This document shows positions 1 through 9,800 of a DNA stretch of 57,192 nucleotides, piece by piece. The position numbers were made by a program, and so were the translations under genes. Each line of letters opens with the position of its first letter. Within the stretch, counting starts at the first letter, position 1. This DNA comes from Deltaproteobacteria bacterium (lineage in GTDB: Bacteria; Myxococcota; Myxococcia; Myxococcales; 40CM-4-68-19). The notes beneath the pieces were generated by a model. It was not told where the DNA came from and did no database searches. It saw only the letters and a program-made list of their open reading frames with translations. The stretch is from positions 1 through 57,192 of the forward strand of contig JAYWAJ010000452.1 in the NCBI GenBank assembly GCA_043782525.1. Direction: 5' to 3'.

Positions 1-374
1 CTCGGCGCCGACCTTCCCGCCGAGCTCTCCCTGCGCGGGGACGCGCGCGCCGTGGAGCAGATCCTCGTCAACCTGCTCGACAACGCCATCAAGTACACGC
101 CGGAAGGCGGGCACGTCCCCTGCTCGCCGACGCCGCCGGTCCGCACATCATGCTCTCGGTGCTGGACACCGGCCCCGGCATCGAGGCGCGCCACCAGCAG
201 CGCATCTTCGAGCGCTTCTACCGGGTGGACGGCGGCCGCGCCCGGGCCGACGGCGGCACCGGCCTCGGACTCGCCATCGTCAAACACCTGGTGCAGGCCC
301 AGGGCGGCGAGGTCGGGGTCGAGAGCGGGCGGGGCGGCAGCCGCTTCTGGATCAAGCTGCCGGCCGCCGCCTGA
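1..374 (+). CDS. phoR: Sensor histidine kinase C-terminus (HATPase_c), PhoR-like, 5'-partial, with an apparent frameshift near 115-120
   Basis: N-box 'EQILVNLLDNAIKYTPEGGHV' is in frame 1. G1/G2 boxes 'LLADAAGPHIMLSVLDTGPGIE...GGTGLGLAIVKHLVQAQGG' are in frame 3, ending at stop 372-374. The gene lies directly upstream of pstSCAB-phoU. Confidence 0.8.
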   Translation, partial: RRRPSRRALPARGRARRGADPRQPARQRHQVHAGRRARPLLADAAGPHIMLSVLDTGPGIEARHQQRIFERFYRVDGGRARADGGTGLGLAIVKHLVQAQGGEVGVESGRGGSRFWIKLPAAA

Positions 375-396
375 GCGCACCCAATCGATACCGCTT

Positions 397-419
397 CGTC
401 ACCGCAGCGTCACAAAGAG
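397..419 (+). promoter_or_regulatory. Pho-box-like pair of direct repeats (CGTCAC at an 11-nt period) upstream of pstS
   Basis: 'CGTCACcgcagCGTCACaaag' lies 20-40 nt upstream of the pstS RBS. The 11-nt direct-repeat geometry resembles PhoB/PhoP boxes. Confidence 0.4.
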
Positions 420-438
420 ACCCCTACAAGGAGTGCCC

Positions 439-1473
439 ATGAAGAAACTCGTCCTCATCGCCGGCTTCACCCTCGCACTGGGCAGCGCCGCCTTCGCCGA
501 CAAGCTGCTCATCAACGGCGCGGGGGCGACCTTCCCGTTCCCCATCTATTCGAAGTGGTTCAGCGAGTACAACAAGCTGCACCCTGATATCCAAATCAAT
601 TACCAATCGATCGGCTCGGGCGGCGGTATCAAGCAGATCACCGAGAGGACCGTCGACTTCGGCGCCAGCGACGCGCCCATGAGCGACGCCGAGTTGGGAA
701 AGGCACCCGGCCTGCTCCACCTCCCCACCGTGATGGGCGCGGTGGTGGTGGTCTACAACCTGCCGTCGGTCCCGGCGCTCCGCCTCACCCCCGAGGCGCT
801 GGCCGGCATCTTCCTCGGCAAGATCACCAGCTGGAACGATCCGGCCATCGCCAAGGAGAACTCCAAGGCGAAGCTGCCGGAGTCGGCCATCTCGGTCGTG
901 CACCGCTCCGACGGCTCGGGCACCACCTCGGTCTTCACCGACTACCTCGCCAAGGTCTCGCCGGAATGGAAGGCAGGCCCGGGCGCCGGCAAGAGCGTCA
1001 ACTGGCCCGCCGGCCTGGGCGGCAAGGGCAACGAAGGCGTCACCGGCACCGTCAAGCAGACCGAGGGCGGCGTCGGCTACGTCGAATTGGCCTATGCCAA
1101 CCAGAACAAGCTCCCCATGGCGGAGCTGAAGAACCACGACGGCCAGTGGGTGAAGCCGTCGCTCGCGTCGGTGTCGGCCGCCGCCGCCCAGGCGGAGATC
1201 CCCGACGACTACCGCGTCTCCATCACCGACGCGCCGGGCAAGGACGCCTATCCGATCGCGGGCTTCACCTGGCTGCTGGTCTACCGGGACCAGGCCGACG
1301 CGCAGAAGGGCGAGGCGATGGCGCGCTTCCTCTGGTGGGCGGAGCACGACGGGCAGAAGCAGGCGGCCGCGCTCGACTACGCGCCGCTGCCGCACGCGCT
1401 GCTCACCAGGGTGGAGAAGACGCTGCAGACGATCACCGTCCAGGGGAAGGCAGTGCTTGCAGCGCGCAAGTGA
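439..1473 (+). CDS. pstS: Phosphate ABC transporter substrate-binding protein PstS
   Basis: Signal peptide MKKLVLIAGFTLALGSAAFA. Motifs 'GAGATFPFPIYSKW', 'YQSIGSGGGIKQ', 'FGASDAPM', 'HRSDGSGTT'. AAGGAG RBS at 428-433. Confidence 0.95.
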   Translation: MKKLVLIAGFTLALGSAAFADKLLINGAGATFPFPIYSKWFSEYNKLHPDIQINYQSIGSGGGIKQITERTVDFGASDAPMSDAELGKAPGLLHLPTVMGAVVVVYNLPSVPALRLTPEALAGIFLGKITSWNDPAIAKENSKAKLPESAISVVHRSDGSGTTSVFTDYLAKVSPEWKAGPGAGKSVNWPAGLGGKGNEGVTGTVKQTEGGVGYVELAYANQNKLPMAELKNHDGQWVKPSLASVSAAAAQAEIPDDYRVSITDAPGKDAYPIAGFTWLLVYRDQADAQKGEAMARFLWWAEHDGQKQAAALDYAPLPHALLTRVEKTLQTITVQGKAVLAARK

Positions 1474-2413
1474 CCAGGGCGTCCACCTCCCGGCGCGGGT
1501 CAACCTGCCCGACCGGGCCTGGGCGGTGGCGCTCACCGTCCTCGGCGCCACGGTGCTGCTGGTCGCCGCCGTCATCGTCGCCGAGCTTGTCCGGGTCGGT
1601 GGGCCGACCCTGGCGCAGACGGGCCTCGCCGCCTTCGTCAAGAACTCCGTCTGGGACGTGACCCGCGACGTCTACGGCGCGCTGCCCTTCATCTACGGCA
1701 CGCTGGTGACCAGCGGCGTGGCGCTGCTCCTGGCGCTGCCCGTCTCGGTGGGCCTCGCGCTCTTCCTCACCGAGATGGCGCCGCCGCGGGTGCGCTCCAT
1801 CGTCTCCTTTCCCATCTCGCTGCTGGCCGGGATTCCCAGCGTCGTCTATGGGCTGTGGGGATTGTTCGTGCTGGTGCCGCTCCTGCGCCGCCCGGTCGAG
1901 CCGTTCTTGGCCAGGACGCACCTGCCGCTCTTTACCGGGGCCCCCATCGGCCTCGGCTACCTGGCCGCCGGCATCGTGCTGGCGATCATGATCCTCCCGA
2001 CCATTACCTCGATTGCGATCGAAGTCCTGCGCACGGTGCCCGGCCCGCTGCGCGAAGCCGCGCTGGCCCTGGGCGCGACGCGCTGGGAGGCCATTCGCAC
2101 CGCGGTCATTCCCTATGCCCGCACCGGAATCATCGGCGCCACCATGCTGGGCCTCGGGCGCGCGCTGGGCGAGACCATGGCGGTGACCATGGTGATCGGA
2201 AATTCGCCGACCATCCGCGCTTCCTTGTTTGCGCCCGGCTATACGCTGCCGGCGGTGATCGCCAACGAGTTCGCCGAGGCCAGCGGCGCCCTGCAGACCG
2301 GCGCCCTGGCCGCGCTGGGCCTGCTCCTCTTCGCGGTGACGGTGCTCCTCAATGTCGCGGCGCGGCTGCTGGTGCGGATGGTGCGGCGCGGGCCGGCGCG
2401 AGTGACGGCATGA
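1457..2413 (+). CDS. pstC: Phosphate ABC transporter permease PstC
   Basis: Multi-TM permease with '[19 protein letters not shown]' and EAA-type loop '[28 protein letters not shown]'. The called TTG start overlaps the pstS end, so the exact start is uncertain. Confidence 0.9.
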   Translation: MQRASDQGVHLPARVNLPDRAWAVALTVLGATVLLVAAVIVAELVRVGGPTLAQTGLAAFVKNSVWDVTRDVYGALPFIYGTLVTSGVALLLALPVSVGLALFLTEMAPPRVRSIVSFPISLLAGIPSVVYGLWGLFVLVPLLRRPVEPFLARTHLPLFTGAPIGLGYLAAGIVLAIMILPTITSIAIEVLRTVPGPLREAALALGATRWEAIRTAVIPYARTGIIGATMLGLGRALGETMAVTMVIGNSPTIRASLFAPGYTLPAVIANEFAEASGALQTGALAALGLLLFAVTVLLNVAARLLVRMVRRGPARVTA

Positions 2414-3246
2414 AGTCGCTCGGGCTCCGGCGCGGGGTGAACTGGGCGATGACGGCGCTGTGCGCGCTGGCGCTGGTGGTCGCGCTGGTGCCGCTCGCCT
2501 CGCTCCTCTGGCTGGTGGTCTCGCGCGGCCTGGCCGGGCTCTCCTGGGAGTTCTTCACCGCCACGCCCGCGCCGGTGGGCGAGTCGGGGGGCGGAGTGGC
2601 CAATGCCATCGCCGGCACGCTCTATATCGTCGGTATCGCCTGCCTGATTGGAGTTCCGCTCGGCGTCGGCGCCGGCGTCTACCTGGCCGAGCGCGGCGAC
2701 GGCCCGCTGGGCGGCGCCATCCGTTTCACCGCCGAGGTCCTGTCGGGCGTGCCCTCCATCGTCATCGGCATCGTCGCCTATGCGCTGGTGGTGCTGCCGA
2801 TGCGGCGCTTCTCGGCGCTGGCCGGCGGCGTCGCGCTGGCGGTGCTGATGGTGCCGACGCTGGCCCGCAGCACCGAGGAGCTGGTGCGGCTGGTGCCGCG
2901 ATCATTGCGCGAGGCTTCGCTCGCGCTGGGAGTATCCGAATGGCGGACTTCACTGAGCGTGGTGCTGCGGACGGCGCTGGGCGGGATCCTGACCGCGATC
3001 CTGCTTGCGGTGGCGCGGGCGGCGGGGGAGACGGCGCCGCTGCTCTTCACCGCCCTCAACAACCAGTACTGGAACTTTCGCGCCGACCAGCCGACGGCCT
3101 CGCTCACCGTCCAGATCTACAACTACGCGGTCAGCCCGTACCAGGATTGGCACGACAAGGCCTGGAGCGCGGCGCTGGTGCTGCTCCTCTTGGTGGGGAC
3201 CCTCTCGCTCGCGGCGCGGCTCCTGGCGCGGAACCGCTTTCGATGA
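2410..3246 (+). CDS. pstA: Phosphate ABC transporter permease PstA
   Basis: '[25 protein letters not shown]' and '[16 protein letters not shown]'. ATGA start/stop overlap with pstC. Confidence 0.92.
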   Translation: MKSLGLRRGVNWAMTALCALALVVALVPLASLLWLVVSRGLAGLSWEFFTATPAPVGESGGGVANAIAGTLYIVGIACLIGVPLGVGAGVYLAERGDGPLGGAIRFTAEVLSGVPSIVIGIVAYALVVLPMRRFSALAGGVALAVLMVPTLARSTEELVRLVPRSLREASLALGVSEWRTSLSVVLRTALGGILTAILLAVARAAGETAPLLFTALNNQYWNFRADQPTASLTVQIYNYAVSPYQDWHDKAWSAALVLLLLVGTLSLAARLLARNRFR

Positions 3247-3989
3247 AGATCGAGGTGCAGAAGCTCAATGCCTGGTTCAAGACCACGCACGCGCTCAAGG
3301 ACGTCTCGCTGACGGTGCCGAAAAACACGGTGCTCGCCATCATCGGCCCGAGCGGCTGCGGCAAGAGCACCTTCGTCCGCTGCCTCAACCGCATGCACGA
3401 GCTGGTGCCGGGCGCCCGCCAGGCGGGGAAAGTCCTGGTGGACGGGCAGGACCTGCACGCGCGCCGGGTCGATCCGGTCCAACTGCGACGGCGGGTGGGC
3501 ATGGTCTTCCAGCGGCCCAATCCGTTTCCCACCATGTCGATCGAAGGCAACGTGGTGGCCGGGCTCAAGCTGAACGGCATCCGCGGCAACTCCGCCGAGC
3601 GGGTGGAGAAGAGCCTGCGGCAGGCGGCGCTCTGGGACGAGGTCAAGGATCGCCTGCAGCACAGCGCGCTCTCGCTCTCGGGCGGGCAGCAGCAGCGGCT
3701 CTGCATCGCGCGGTCCCTGGCCATCGAGCCGGAGGTGCTGCTGATGGACGAGCCGGCCAGCGCCCTCGACCCCATCGCCACCGCCAAGATCGAGGAGTTG
3801 ATCCACGATCTGCGGGCGACGTTGACCATCGTCATCGTCACGCACAACATGCAGCAGGCGGCCCGCGTCTCCGACTCCACCGCCTTCTTCTACCTGGGGG
3901 AGCTGGTCGAGCACGGACCGACCGAGGAGATCTTCACCAACCCGCGCGAGCCGCGCACCGAGGATTACGTGACGGGAAAGTTCGGATGA
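3243..3989 (+). CDS. pstB: Phosphate ABC transporter ATP-binding protein PstB
   Basis: Walker [10 protein letters not shown], signature [13 protein letters not shown], Walker [13 protein letters not shown], and the PstB-type C-terminus '[10 protein letters not shown]'. ATGA overlap with pstA. Confidence 0.96.
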   Translation: MKIEVQKLNAWFKTTHALKDVSLTVPKNTVLAIIGPSGCGKSTFVRCLNRMHELVPGARQAGKVLVDGQDLHARRVDPVQLRRRVGMVFQRPNPFPTMSIEGNVVAGLKLNGIRGNSAERVEKSLRQAALWDEVKDRLQHSALSLSGGQQQRLCIARSLAIEPEVLLMDEPASALDPIATAKIEELIHDLRATLTIVIVTHNMQQAARVSDSTAFFYLGELVEHGPTEEIFTNPREPRTEDYVTGKFG

Positions 3990-4678
3990 AGGCGCATACC
4001 GACAAGACCTACGACGTGCAGCTGGACGACCTGCGCAACAAGCTGCTCAGCCTGGGCGGCAAGGTCGAGACCGAGATCGCCCTCTGCATGCGCTCGCTGG
4101 CCGAGCGCGACTCGGTGCTGGCCGAGCAGGTGATCGCGCAGGACCGGGAAGTGAACCGGATGGAGGTGGAGATCGACGAGGCCTGCCGCCGCCTGCTGGT
4201 CCTGCGGCAGCCGGCGGCGAGCGACCTGCGGTTCATTACCACGGCCTTGAAGATCGTCGTCGACCTGGAGCGCATCGGCGACCTGGCCGTCAACGTCGCC
4301 GAGCGGGCCATCGACCTGAACCAGAGCCCGCCGCTGCGGCCGGTGCACGACCTGACCCGGCTCGCCGAGCTGTGCCAGAAGCAGGTGCGGGCGGCGCTGG
4401 ACGCCTTCGTCGACGGCGATGTCGCGAAGGCGGAGGCGGTCATCAAGAACGACGACCTGCTCGATTCCGTCTATCATAACCTCTTCAATGAATTATTGGC
4501 ATTGATGATGGAGGACCCGCGCAACATCCGGCGCGCCAACAGCCTGCTCTTCGTTGCCAAGCACCTCGAGCGCCTGGGGGACCACGCCACCAACGTGGCG
4601 GAGATGGTCATCTATATGGTGCGCGGGACCGACGTGCGGCATCCGGGGAGCCGGAACTCGAAGAGCGTTCCGCCGTAA
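3986..4678 (+). CDS. phoU: Phosphate signalling regulator PhoU
   Basis: Two PhoU repeats ('[13 protein letters not shown]' and '[13 protein letters not shown]'). ATGA overlap with pstB. Confidence 0.95.
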   Translation: MKAHTDKTYDVQLDDLRNKLLSLGGKVETEIALCMRSLAERDSVLAEQVIAQDREVNRMEVEIDEACRRLLVLRQPAASDLRFITTALKIVVDLERIGDLAVNVAERAIDLNQSPPLRPVHDLTRLAELCQKQVRAALDAFVDGDVAKAEAVIKNDDLLDSVYHNLFNELLALMMEDPRNIRRANSLLFVAKHLERLGDHATNVAEMVIYMVRGTDVRHPGSRNSKSVPP

Positions 4679-4721
4679 GGAAGGGGCCCCGGGTGACGAG
4701 GCCCGCACGCCCGGATAGAAG

Positions 4722-6008
4722 CTAGTGGCAGATCCCGGGGGGATTGGCCGTCTCACCGTGGTCATTGATCCAGAAGTTGGCGGTACCCGAGGTTCCGGGG
4801 CCCTTGCTCTGGTCCTCGCAGTCGAAGACGGCGTCATGGTGGGCCTGGTTGTCGGTCAGCGTATTTCCGGTCGCGGGGGCGTAAGCGGCTGGGCTCATCT
4901 GGATGCCGTCCACGCTGTTGTCGCGGACGTCGTTGTCATTGAAGTCGCTGTCCAGGACATTGCTGCCACGGATGCCGTAACCGAAGTTGCGCGCGCGATT
5001 GTGGGTGATGCTCATCTGGAGGTTCGGGCCGACCGCGCCGAAGTATGGCCCGGTCAGCCGGATCCCCGAGAAAGAGCTGCCCGGGCCGGCCTCGAGGTCG
5101 TTGCCCACCACCAGCACGCCCGCGTTCTGCCCGAAGAAGTAGAGGGCACTCTGTGCTGTCCCCTCGGTGCGGTTGTCGCTCACCACCGATCCGGTGGCCC
5201 TGCCCAGCACCAGGAAGGTGGCGTCATTGGCCGAGGTGTTCTGGTTGATCACCAGCCCGTGCTGGGAGCCGTCGCCCAGGTTGAGGGCCGAGTCGAGGTG
5301 GCCGCTGAAGGAGTTGTCCTCGATCTCCGTGTCGTTGATCACGAGGCCCTGGGTGAAGATCGCCGTCCCCGTGTTCGGGCTGGGAAATCCACCGGCGTTG
5401 TTGGCGACGAAGGCGTTGCGCTGGATGCGCGATGGGGTCCCGCCAATGCTGTGGAAATACATCCCGACGTTGTTCCCGGTGATGAGGTTATTGAGGATCT
5501 GATACCCGGTGCCCGAGGGATCGGTCACGTTGATCCCGGCATTGAAGACCGGTTGCGCGCCCCCGGTAATGACCAAGCCATCGATGATGGTGCCCGCGCT
5601 GTTTGCTGCCAGGTTGAACCCGTCGCCGAGTGGTCCGGCGTGGACGATGGCTTCCCGGCTGCTGTCGGTTGCGCTCCTGCGGCGCGCGTCGCGGCGACTC
5701 CCTTCCCGCTGACCCTCGCCGGCGTCGGCCCGGGTCACGGCAATGAAGGCGAGTTGCCTCGTGACCAGGACCGGTCCCGGATACAACCCCGGGCAGACCA
5801 GGAGGGTGGCGCCGGGCGGAGCCGCCAGCGCCGCGAGGCGCAGGTCGGTGAACTGGGCCTCCGGGCACTCCTTCCTGTCGTCATCCACGATCAGGGTCTG
5901 TCCCTCCAATGATGACGGGCTGGCGCGTGCGCCACCGGCAAGGAGCAGCCAGCCTGCAAGCAACAGTGTGCCAACGCCGGCGGCGCGAAATGAAAGCAGG
6001 TCGTGCAT
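4722..6008 (-). CDS. Secreted right-handed parallel beta-helix repeat protein (pectin-lyase fold)
   Basis: The start MHDLLSFRAAGVGTLLLAGWLLLAGGARA is a Sec signal. Repeated N/G-rich turns are present ('ILNNLITGNNVGMYF', 'IQRNAFVANNAGG', 'EIEDNSFSGH', 'VVSDNRTEG', 'FNDNDVRDNSVDG'). The track's longer ORF to 7307 is a spurious upstream extension. Confidence 0.75.
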   Translation of the reverse strand: MHDLLSFRAAGVGTLLLAGWLLLAGGARASPSSLEGQTLIVDDDRKECPEAQFTDLRLAALAAPPGATLLVCPGLYPGPVLVTRQLAFIAVTRADAGEGQREGSRRDARRRSATDSSREAIVHAGPLGDGFNLAANSAGTIIDGLVITGGAQPVFNAGINVTDPSGTGYQILNNLITGNNVGMYFHSIGGTPSRIQRNAFVANNAGGFPSPNTGTAIFTQGLVINDTEIEDNSFSGHLDSALNLGDGSQHGLVINQNTSANDATFLVLGRATGSVVSDNRTEGTAQSALYFFGQNAGVLVVGNDLEAGPGSSFSGIRLTGPYFGAVGPNLQMSITHNRARNFGYGIRGSNVLDSDFNDNDVRDNSVDGIQMSPAAYAPATGNTLTDNQAHHDAVFDCEDQSKGPGTSGTANFWINDHGETANPPGICH

Positions 6009-6017
6009 GGGGCTCCC

Positions 6018-6041
6018 AAAGAAGCATTGCGTGGCTTCTTT
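6018..6041 (-). terminator. Hairpin between the transposase-like gene and the beta-helix gene
   Basis: 8-bp stem aaagaagc/gcttcttt with an 8-nt loop. On the minus strand it is followed by TTTGGG. It lies 10 nt upstream of the beta-helix ATG. Confidence 0.35.
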
Positions 6042-6106
6042 ACGGGCCGGACTACTCTCTCCTCGGCGGTCGTGCAAGCGTCGCCGCGTCGAACGCGCTG
6101 CGGCCG

Positions 6107-6712
6107 TCAGCTGTCCCAGGAGGAGACCGGCAACGGCCCCGCCCGGCTGCGCAGCCAGCCCACCGTCAGCAGCCAGGTGCGCGGCTGGACCAGCGGCGCT
6201 GCCGAGGCGCAGACGTCCGCCTGCGGTGCCTGGCGGACGTGGAGCCTCCGGTTGTCGAGCACGTACCGGACCGCCCGACGCACTTCGGCTGGCGTCTTCA
6301 ACTCTCGCGCAAAGTAGTGGTCCGCGAAGACGCGCCCCTTGCGGTCCGCGGCCCGGTTGACCGCCCGCGCGATGCGCACCGCGAGGCCCTGCATCCCGCG
6401 CGAGAGCGCGACCGTGTCCACCGACTCGACCACGAGGTGCAGGTGGTTGCCCTGCACGGAGAAGTGAATGAGCCGAAAGCCGGCCTTGGCCGCCCCCGCT
6501 GCCAGCGCCGCCCGCACCTCGCGAAACACCTGCCCGCGGCGCAGTCCGGGGGCGTCGGACCGCGCACGCAGGACGACGTGGACCGGAAACCGGGCCAGGT
6601 GCATGGGCCGGCGCTTGTGGGAAACGAGGCGCATCGGCGACTGGCGCTTCCGGCCCGCGCCGGCGCGCTTGCCTCCCCAGGTGGGCAGCACGAGCTGGAC
6701 TGGCTTCATCAT
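6107..6712 (-). mobile_element. REP-associated-type tyrosine (Y1/HUH, IS200-like) transposase homologue, solo copy
   Basis: HUH motif in 'FRLIHFSVQGNHLHLVVE', catalytic-Tyr region 'RRAVRYVLDN', about 200 aa. No partner tnpB and no terminal repeats were seen. Confidence 0.7.
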
Positions 6713-6872
6713 CTTGATTGGGGACTGTAATTTGGGCGGGCAAGGATGTCAAGCGGGCCAAGTCGTTGGCTCCTTGTGACGTTTGCGCAACCGGTTGGTG
6801 CTGAGAATTCACCGGTCCGCGACCGGTTCTCCACGAACGTGCGCGAGGATGCCTCAGCCAAAGGAGGGCTGC

Positions 6873-7379
6873 ATGGTTCGCCTGATGCTCGCGTACGACG
6901 AAGCCATCCTGCTGGGAATGCGCCGCTGGCGTCCCGCAGCGATCACCATCCTCATGAAGCTCTTCACGCAGCTGGGCGACGCGCTCAGCTGGGCTTTCGC
7001 CGCGCTGGTGCTGATCGCCGCCGGCGGAGACGCGACCCGCGCCGGGCTCAGGCTGGGCGTCGCCGCGGGCCTCGCGGCGCTGGTCTCCCAGGTGCTCAAG
7101 CGCCTGTGGCGCCGCGCCCGGCCCACCGCGGGCATCGTCGGCTTCACCGCGCTGGTGGAGAATCCCGACGCCTTCTCCTTTCCCTCGGGCCACTCCGCCG
7201 CCGCCTTCGCGGTGGCTCTGGCCCTGGCGGGCGTGGTCCCCGGCGGCCCGGGCTTCGCTGCCCTCGCCTTCGCCGTCGGCCTCTCCCGCGTCTACCTGGG
7301 CGCGCACTATCCGCTCGACGTCGCCGTGGGCGCCTGCATCGGGCTGCTCTGCGGAGGCGCGACCCGGATGCTCCTGTGA
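6873..7379 (+). CDS. PAP2-family lipid phosphatase
   Basis: The three PAP2 motifs 'KRLWRRARP', 'PSGH' and 'SRVYLGAHYPLDV'. AAGGAGG RBS precedes the ATG at 6873. Confidence 0.85.
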   Translation: MVRLMLAYDEAILLGMRRWRPAAITILMKLFTQLGDALSWAFAALVLIAAGGDATRAGLRLGVAAGLAALVSQVLKRLWRRARPTAGIVGFTALVENPDAFSFPSGHSAAAFAVALALAGVVPGGPGFAALAFAVGLSRVYLGAHYPLDVAVGACIGLLCGGATRMLL

Positions 7380-8545
7380 CGGCGGCGGCGCTGCTCTGCC
7401 TCGCCGGCGCCGCGCTCCTGCTCGCCGTGGTGCAGGCCACCGCGCTGCGCCTGCATCTGAACGGACGCACCCCGGAGCCGCGCGCGTTTCCCTTCATCTC
7501 CATCCTCAAGCCGCTCTGCGGTGTCGACGACGATCTCTGGAGCAACCTGGAATCCTTCACCCGCCAGCGCTATCCCCGCTACGAGATCCTCCTCGGCGTC
7601 AAGGACCGCCGCGATGCGGGGTACGCCCTGGCGCTGCGGGCCGCGCAGCGCTGGCCGGGCCTGGTGCGGGTGGTCCTGCAGAGAGGCGCGCCGGGCTTCA
7701 ATCCCAAGGTCAATCAATTGATCACCCTGGCCGCCGTCGCGCGGGGCGGAGTCCTCGTCGTCAGCGACTCCAACATCCGCGTCGCCCGCGCTTACCTGCG
7801 CGGCATCGCGGCCGCCTTCGAGGACCCGCAGGTCGGCCTCGTCACCCACCCGGTGGCCGGCATCGGCGAGCGCAACCTGGGCGCGCTCCTCGACAACCTC
7901 ACGCTGTGCGGCTCCGTCGCCGCGGGCGTGGTCAGCGCCAGGCGGCTGGCGCGAAAGGACCTGGTGGTCGGCAAGTCCATGGCGCTGCGGCGCAGCGACC
8001 TGCGCGCCATGGGCGGCTTCGAGCGGCTCAAGGACGTGCTCGCCGAAGACTTCCTCTGCGGCCGCATCGTCACCGCCGAGCTGGGCAAGAAGGTGGCGCT
8101 CCTGCCTGAGCCAGTCTTCAACGTCTGCCGTGCGCAGTGCGTGACGGCCTTCTTCTCGCGCTACCAGCGCTGGAGCGTGATGCAGCGCAAGGCGGTGGGC
8201 AACGCGACGTACGCGGCGCAGGTCCTGCTCAACCCGGTGGCGTTGGCCGCGGCGGCGGTGCTGGCGGCGCCGGGCCAGACCACGGCTTCCGCCTTCTGCC
8301 TCGCGGCGGTGGTGCGCGCCTGCCTGCACGAATCGTCGGCGCGCGCACTGCGCGGGCGCGGCTTCTCCACATCCGCCCTGCTGGCGCCGCTGGCCGACCT
8401 CCTCCTCGGGTGCGCCTGGGCCTCCGGCTTTTTCCGCAGCGAGATCACCTGGCGCGGCAACCGGCTCGCGGTGCGGGAAGGAACGCGGCTGGAGCCGGTG
8501 GCGCGCCCGGCCTTCGCTGCGCCCGAGCCCCGCGCCGCCGCTTGA
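7376..8545 (+). CDS. GT21/GT2-family glycosyltransferase (ceramide glucosyltransferase / HpnI-like)
   Basis: 'FISILKPLCGVDDDL', 'VVSDSNI' and 'RYQRWSVMQR' (Q/RxxRW), plus N- and C-terminal TM segments. GTGA overlap with the PAP2 stop. Confidence 0.75.
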   Translation: MTAAALLCLAGAALLLAVVQATALRLHLNGRTPEPRAFPFISILKPLCGVDDDLWSNLESFTRQRYPRYEILLGVKDRRDAGYALALRAAQRWPGLVRVVLQRGAPGFNPKVNQLITLAAVARGGVLVVSDSNIRVARAYLRGIAAAFEDPQVGLVTHPVAGIGERNLGALLDNLTLCGSVAAGVVSARRLARKDLVVGKSMALRRSDLRAMGGFERLKDVLAEDFLCGRIVTAELGKKVALLPEPVFNVCRAQCVTAFFSRYQRWSVMQRKAVGNATYAAQVLLNPVALAAAAVLAAPGQTTASAFCLAAVVRACLHESSARALRGRGFSTSALLAPLADLLLGCAWASGFFRSEITWRGNRLAVREGTRLEPVARPAFAAPEPRAAA

Positions 8546-8583
8546 CCCCGCGGCCGCCTGATTCCCGCCGGCCGCCCGCGCCG

Positions 8584-9762
8584 TTACGGCTCGAAGAGCA
8601 GCAGCCGCACCTCGAGCGCGCCGTTCACCAGCGGGATCTCGCGCCGCGCCCGCAGTCCGATGGCATCGCCGGGCGCCGCGGCCGGGACCAGCAGCGCGGC
8701 GCGCCACTTCTGGAACCGCTCGCGCAAGGTGCGGCCCACCTCCTGGTAGAGCGCGGCGAACTGTCCGCGCCCGATGCGCTCTCCATAAGGCAGGTTCGCG
8801 ACCAGCAGGCCCTGCGCAGCCGGCGGCTGCAGGTCATAGAGCGAGGCAGTGGCGAAGGTGATGTGCTTCTCGACCCGCGCCCGCAGCGCCGTCTTGCGCG
8901 CCAGCTCGACGAAGTCGGGCTGCACATCCGAGGCAAAGATGGGCGCGGGCGGCGCCGGAAGCTTCGCCGCGCGCGCCTGCTCGGAGACGCGCCGCCAGAG
9001 CGCGCGATCGAAGCCGGCCTGGTGCTCGAAGCCGAAGTCGTCCTTGCCGCGGTGGATGAGCGGCGCCTTGTGCAGGGCGAGATACGCGCCTTCGATGACC
9101 AACGTCCCCGAGCCGCACATCGGGTCGAGCAGCGGCTCGCTGCCGTCGTAGCCGGCGAGCAGCAGCACCGCCGCGGCCAGCGTCTCCTTGAGGACCGCGG
9201 GGTGGCCGCCGAGGCGCCAGCCGCGCTTGTGCAGGGCGCGGCCGGCGGTGTCCAGTCCGAGCGTACAGACCCCGGCGCGCAAGTGCGCGACCAGCGTCAC
9301 CGCGTGTTCCGCCTCGCCGTCCTGGCGCGGCGCCGCAAGTCCCGCGGCGGCGAAGCTCCTGGCGATGCCTTTGGCGATGGCCGCGCGGACGGCAGCCTCC
9401 CCCAGCGCCTTGGCCTCGTCGTCGGTGAGGATGGGCGAGACGGCAAACGGAACCCGGGCGAGGAGCCAGCGGCTCCAGGCGATCGCCGCCGCGGCGGCTT
9501 CCAGCGCGGAAGCTGAAGCTGCCGGCAGGTCCGCGACGATCCGCTGGATGCGGCTGGCGGTGCGCAGCCACAGGTGCGCGCGATAGCCGACCTCCAGCGT
9601 CGCCTCGAAGGCCGCGCCCCGGTAGATCGGCCGCGGCGCGGGAACGCCCAGCGCCTGCAACTCGCCGACCAGCACGCCCTTGGTGTCGTCGGGGCAGGTG
9701 GCGATCCAGCGGACGGGCGCGGCCCCGGCCTCCGGCGGATCCATTTGCGGTTCGGTCTGCAT
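8584..9762 (-). CDS. THUMP-domain class I SAM-dependent RNA methyltransferase (RlmL/COG0116-like)
   Basis: SAM motif I 'LLDPMCGSGTLVIEGA', catalytic motif 'ANLPYGERIG', and an N-terminal THUMP-like region. Confidence 0.8.
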   Translation of the reverse strand: MQTEPQMDPPEAGAAPVRWIATCPDDTKGVLVGELQALGVPAPRPIYRGAAFEATLEVGYRAHLWLRTASRIQRIVADLPAASASALEAAAAAIAWSRWLLARVPFAVSPILTDDEAKALGEAAVRAAIAKGIARSFAAAGLAAPRQDGEAEHAVTLVAHLRAGVCTLGLDTAGRALHKRGWRLGGHPAVLKETLAAAVLLLAGYDGSEPLLDPMCGSGTLVIEGAYLALHKAPLIHRGKDDFGFEHQAGFDRALWRRVSEQARAAKLPAPPAPIFASDVQPDFVELARKTALRARVEKHITFATASLYDLQPPAAQGLLVANLPYGERIGRGQFAALYQEVGRTLRERFQKWRAALLVPAAAPGDAIGLRARREIPLVNGALEVRLLLFEP

Positions 9763-9800
9763 CCGGGCGCGAGACTATCCGAAGATGGTATCTCCGCCCC

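Noticed and set aside
52-1473. A 473-aa ORF that appears to fuse a kinase N-box to PstS.
   Set aside because: It is an artefact. The shifted phoR frame happens to stay open until it meets pstS in the same frame. The real pstS starts at 439 with an RBS and a signal peptide.
6713-6872. REP-like palindromes flanking the Y1 transposase homologue.
   Set aside because: Only short local hairpins are present (ACCGGT-based). Nothing is repeated on both sides of the gene or elsewhere in the window, so there is no basis for calling a REP array.
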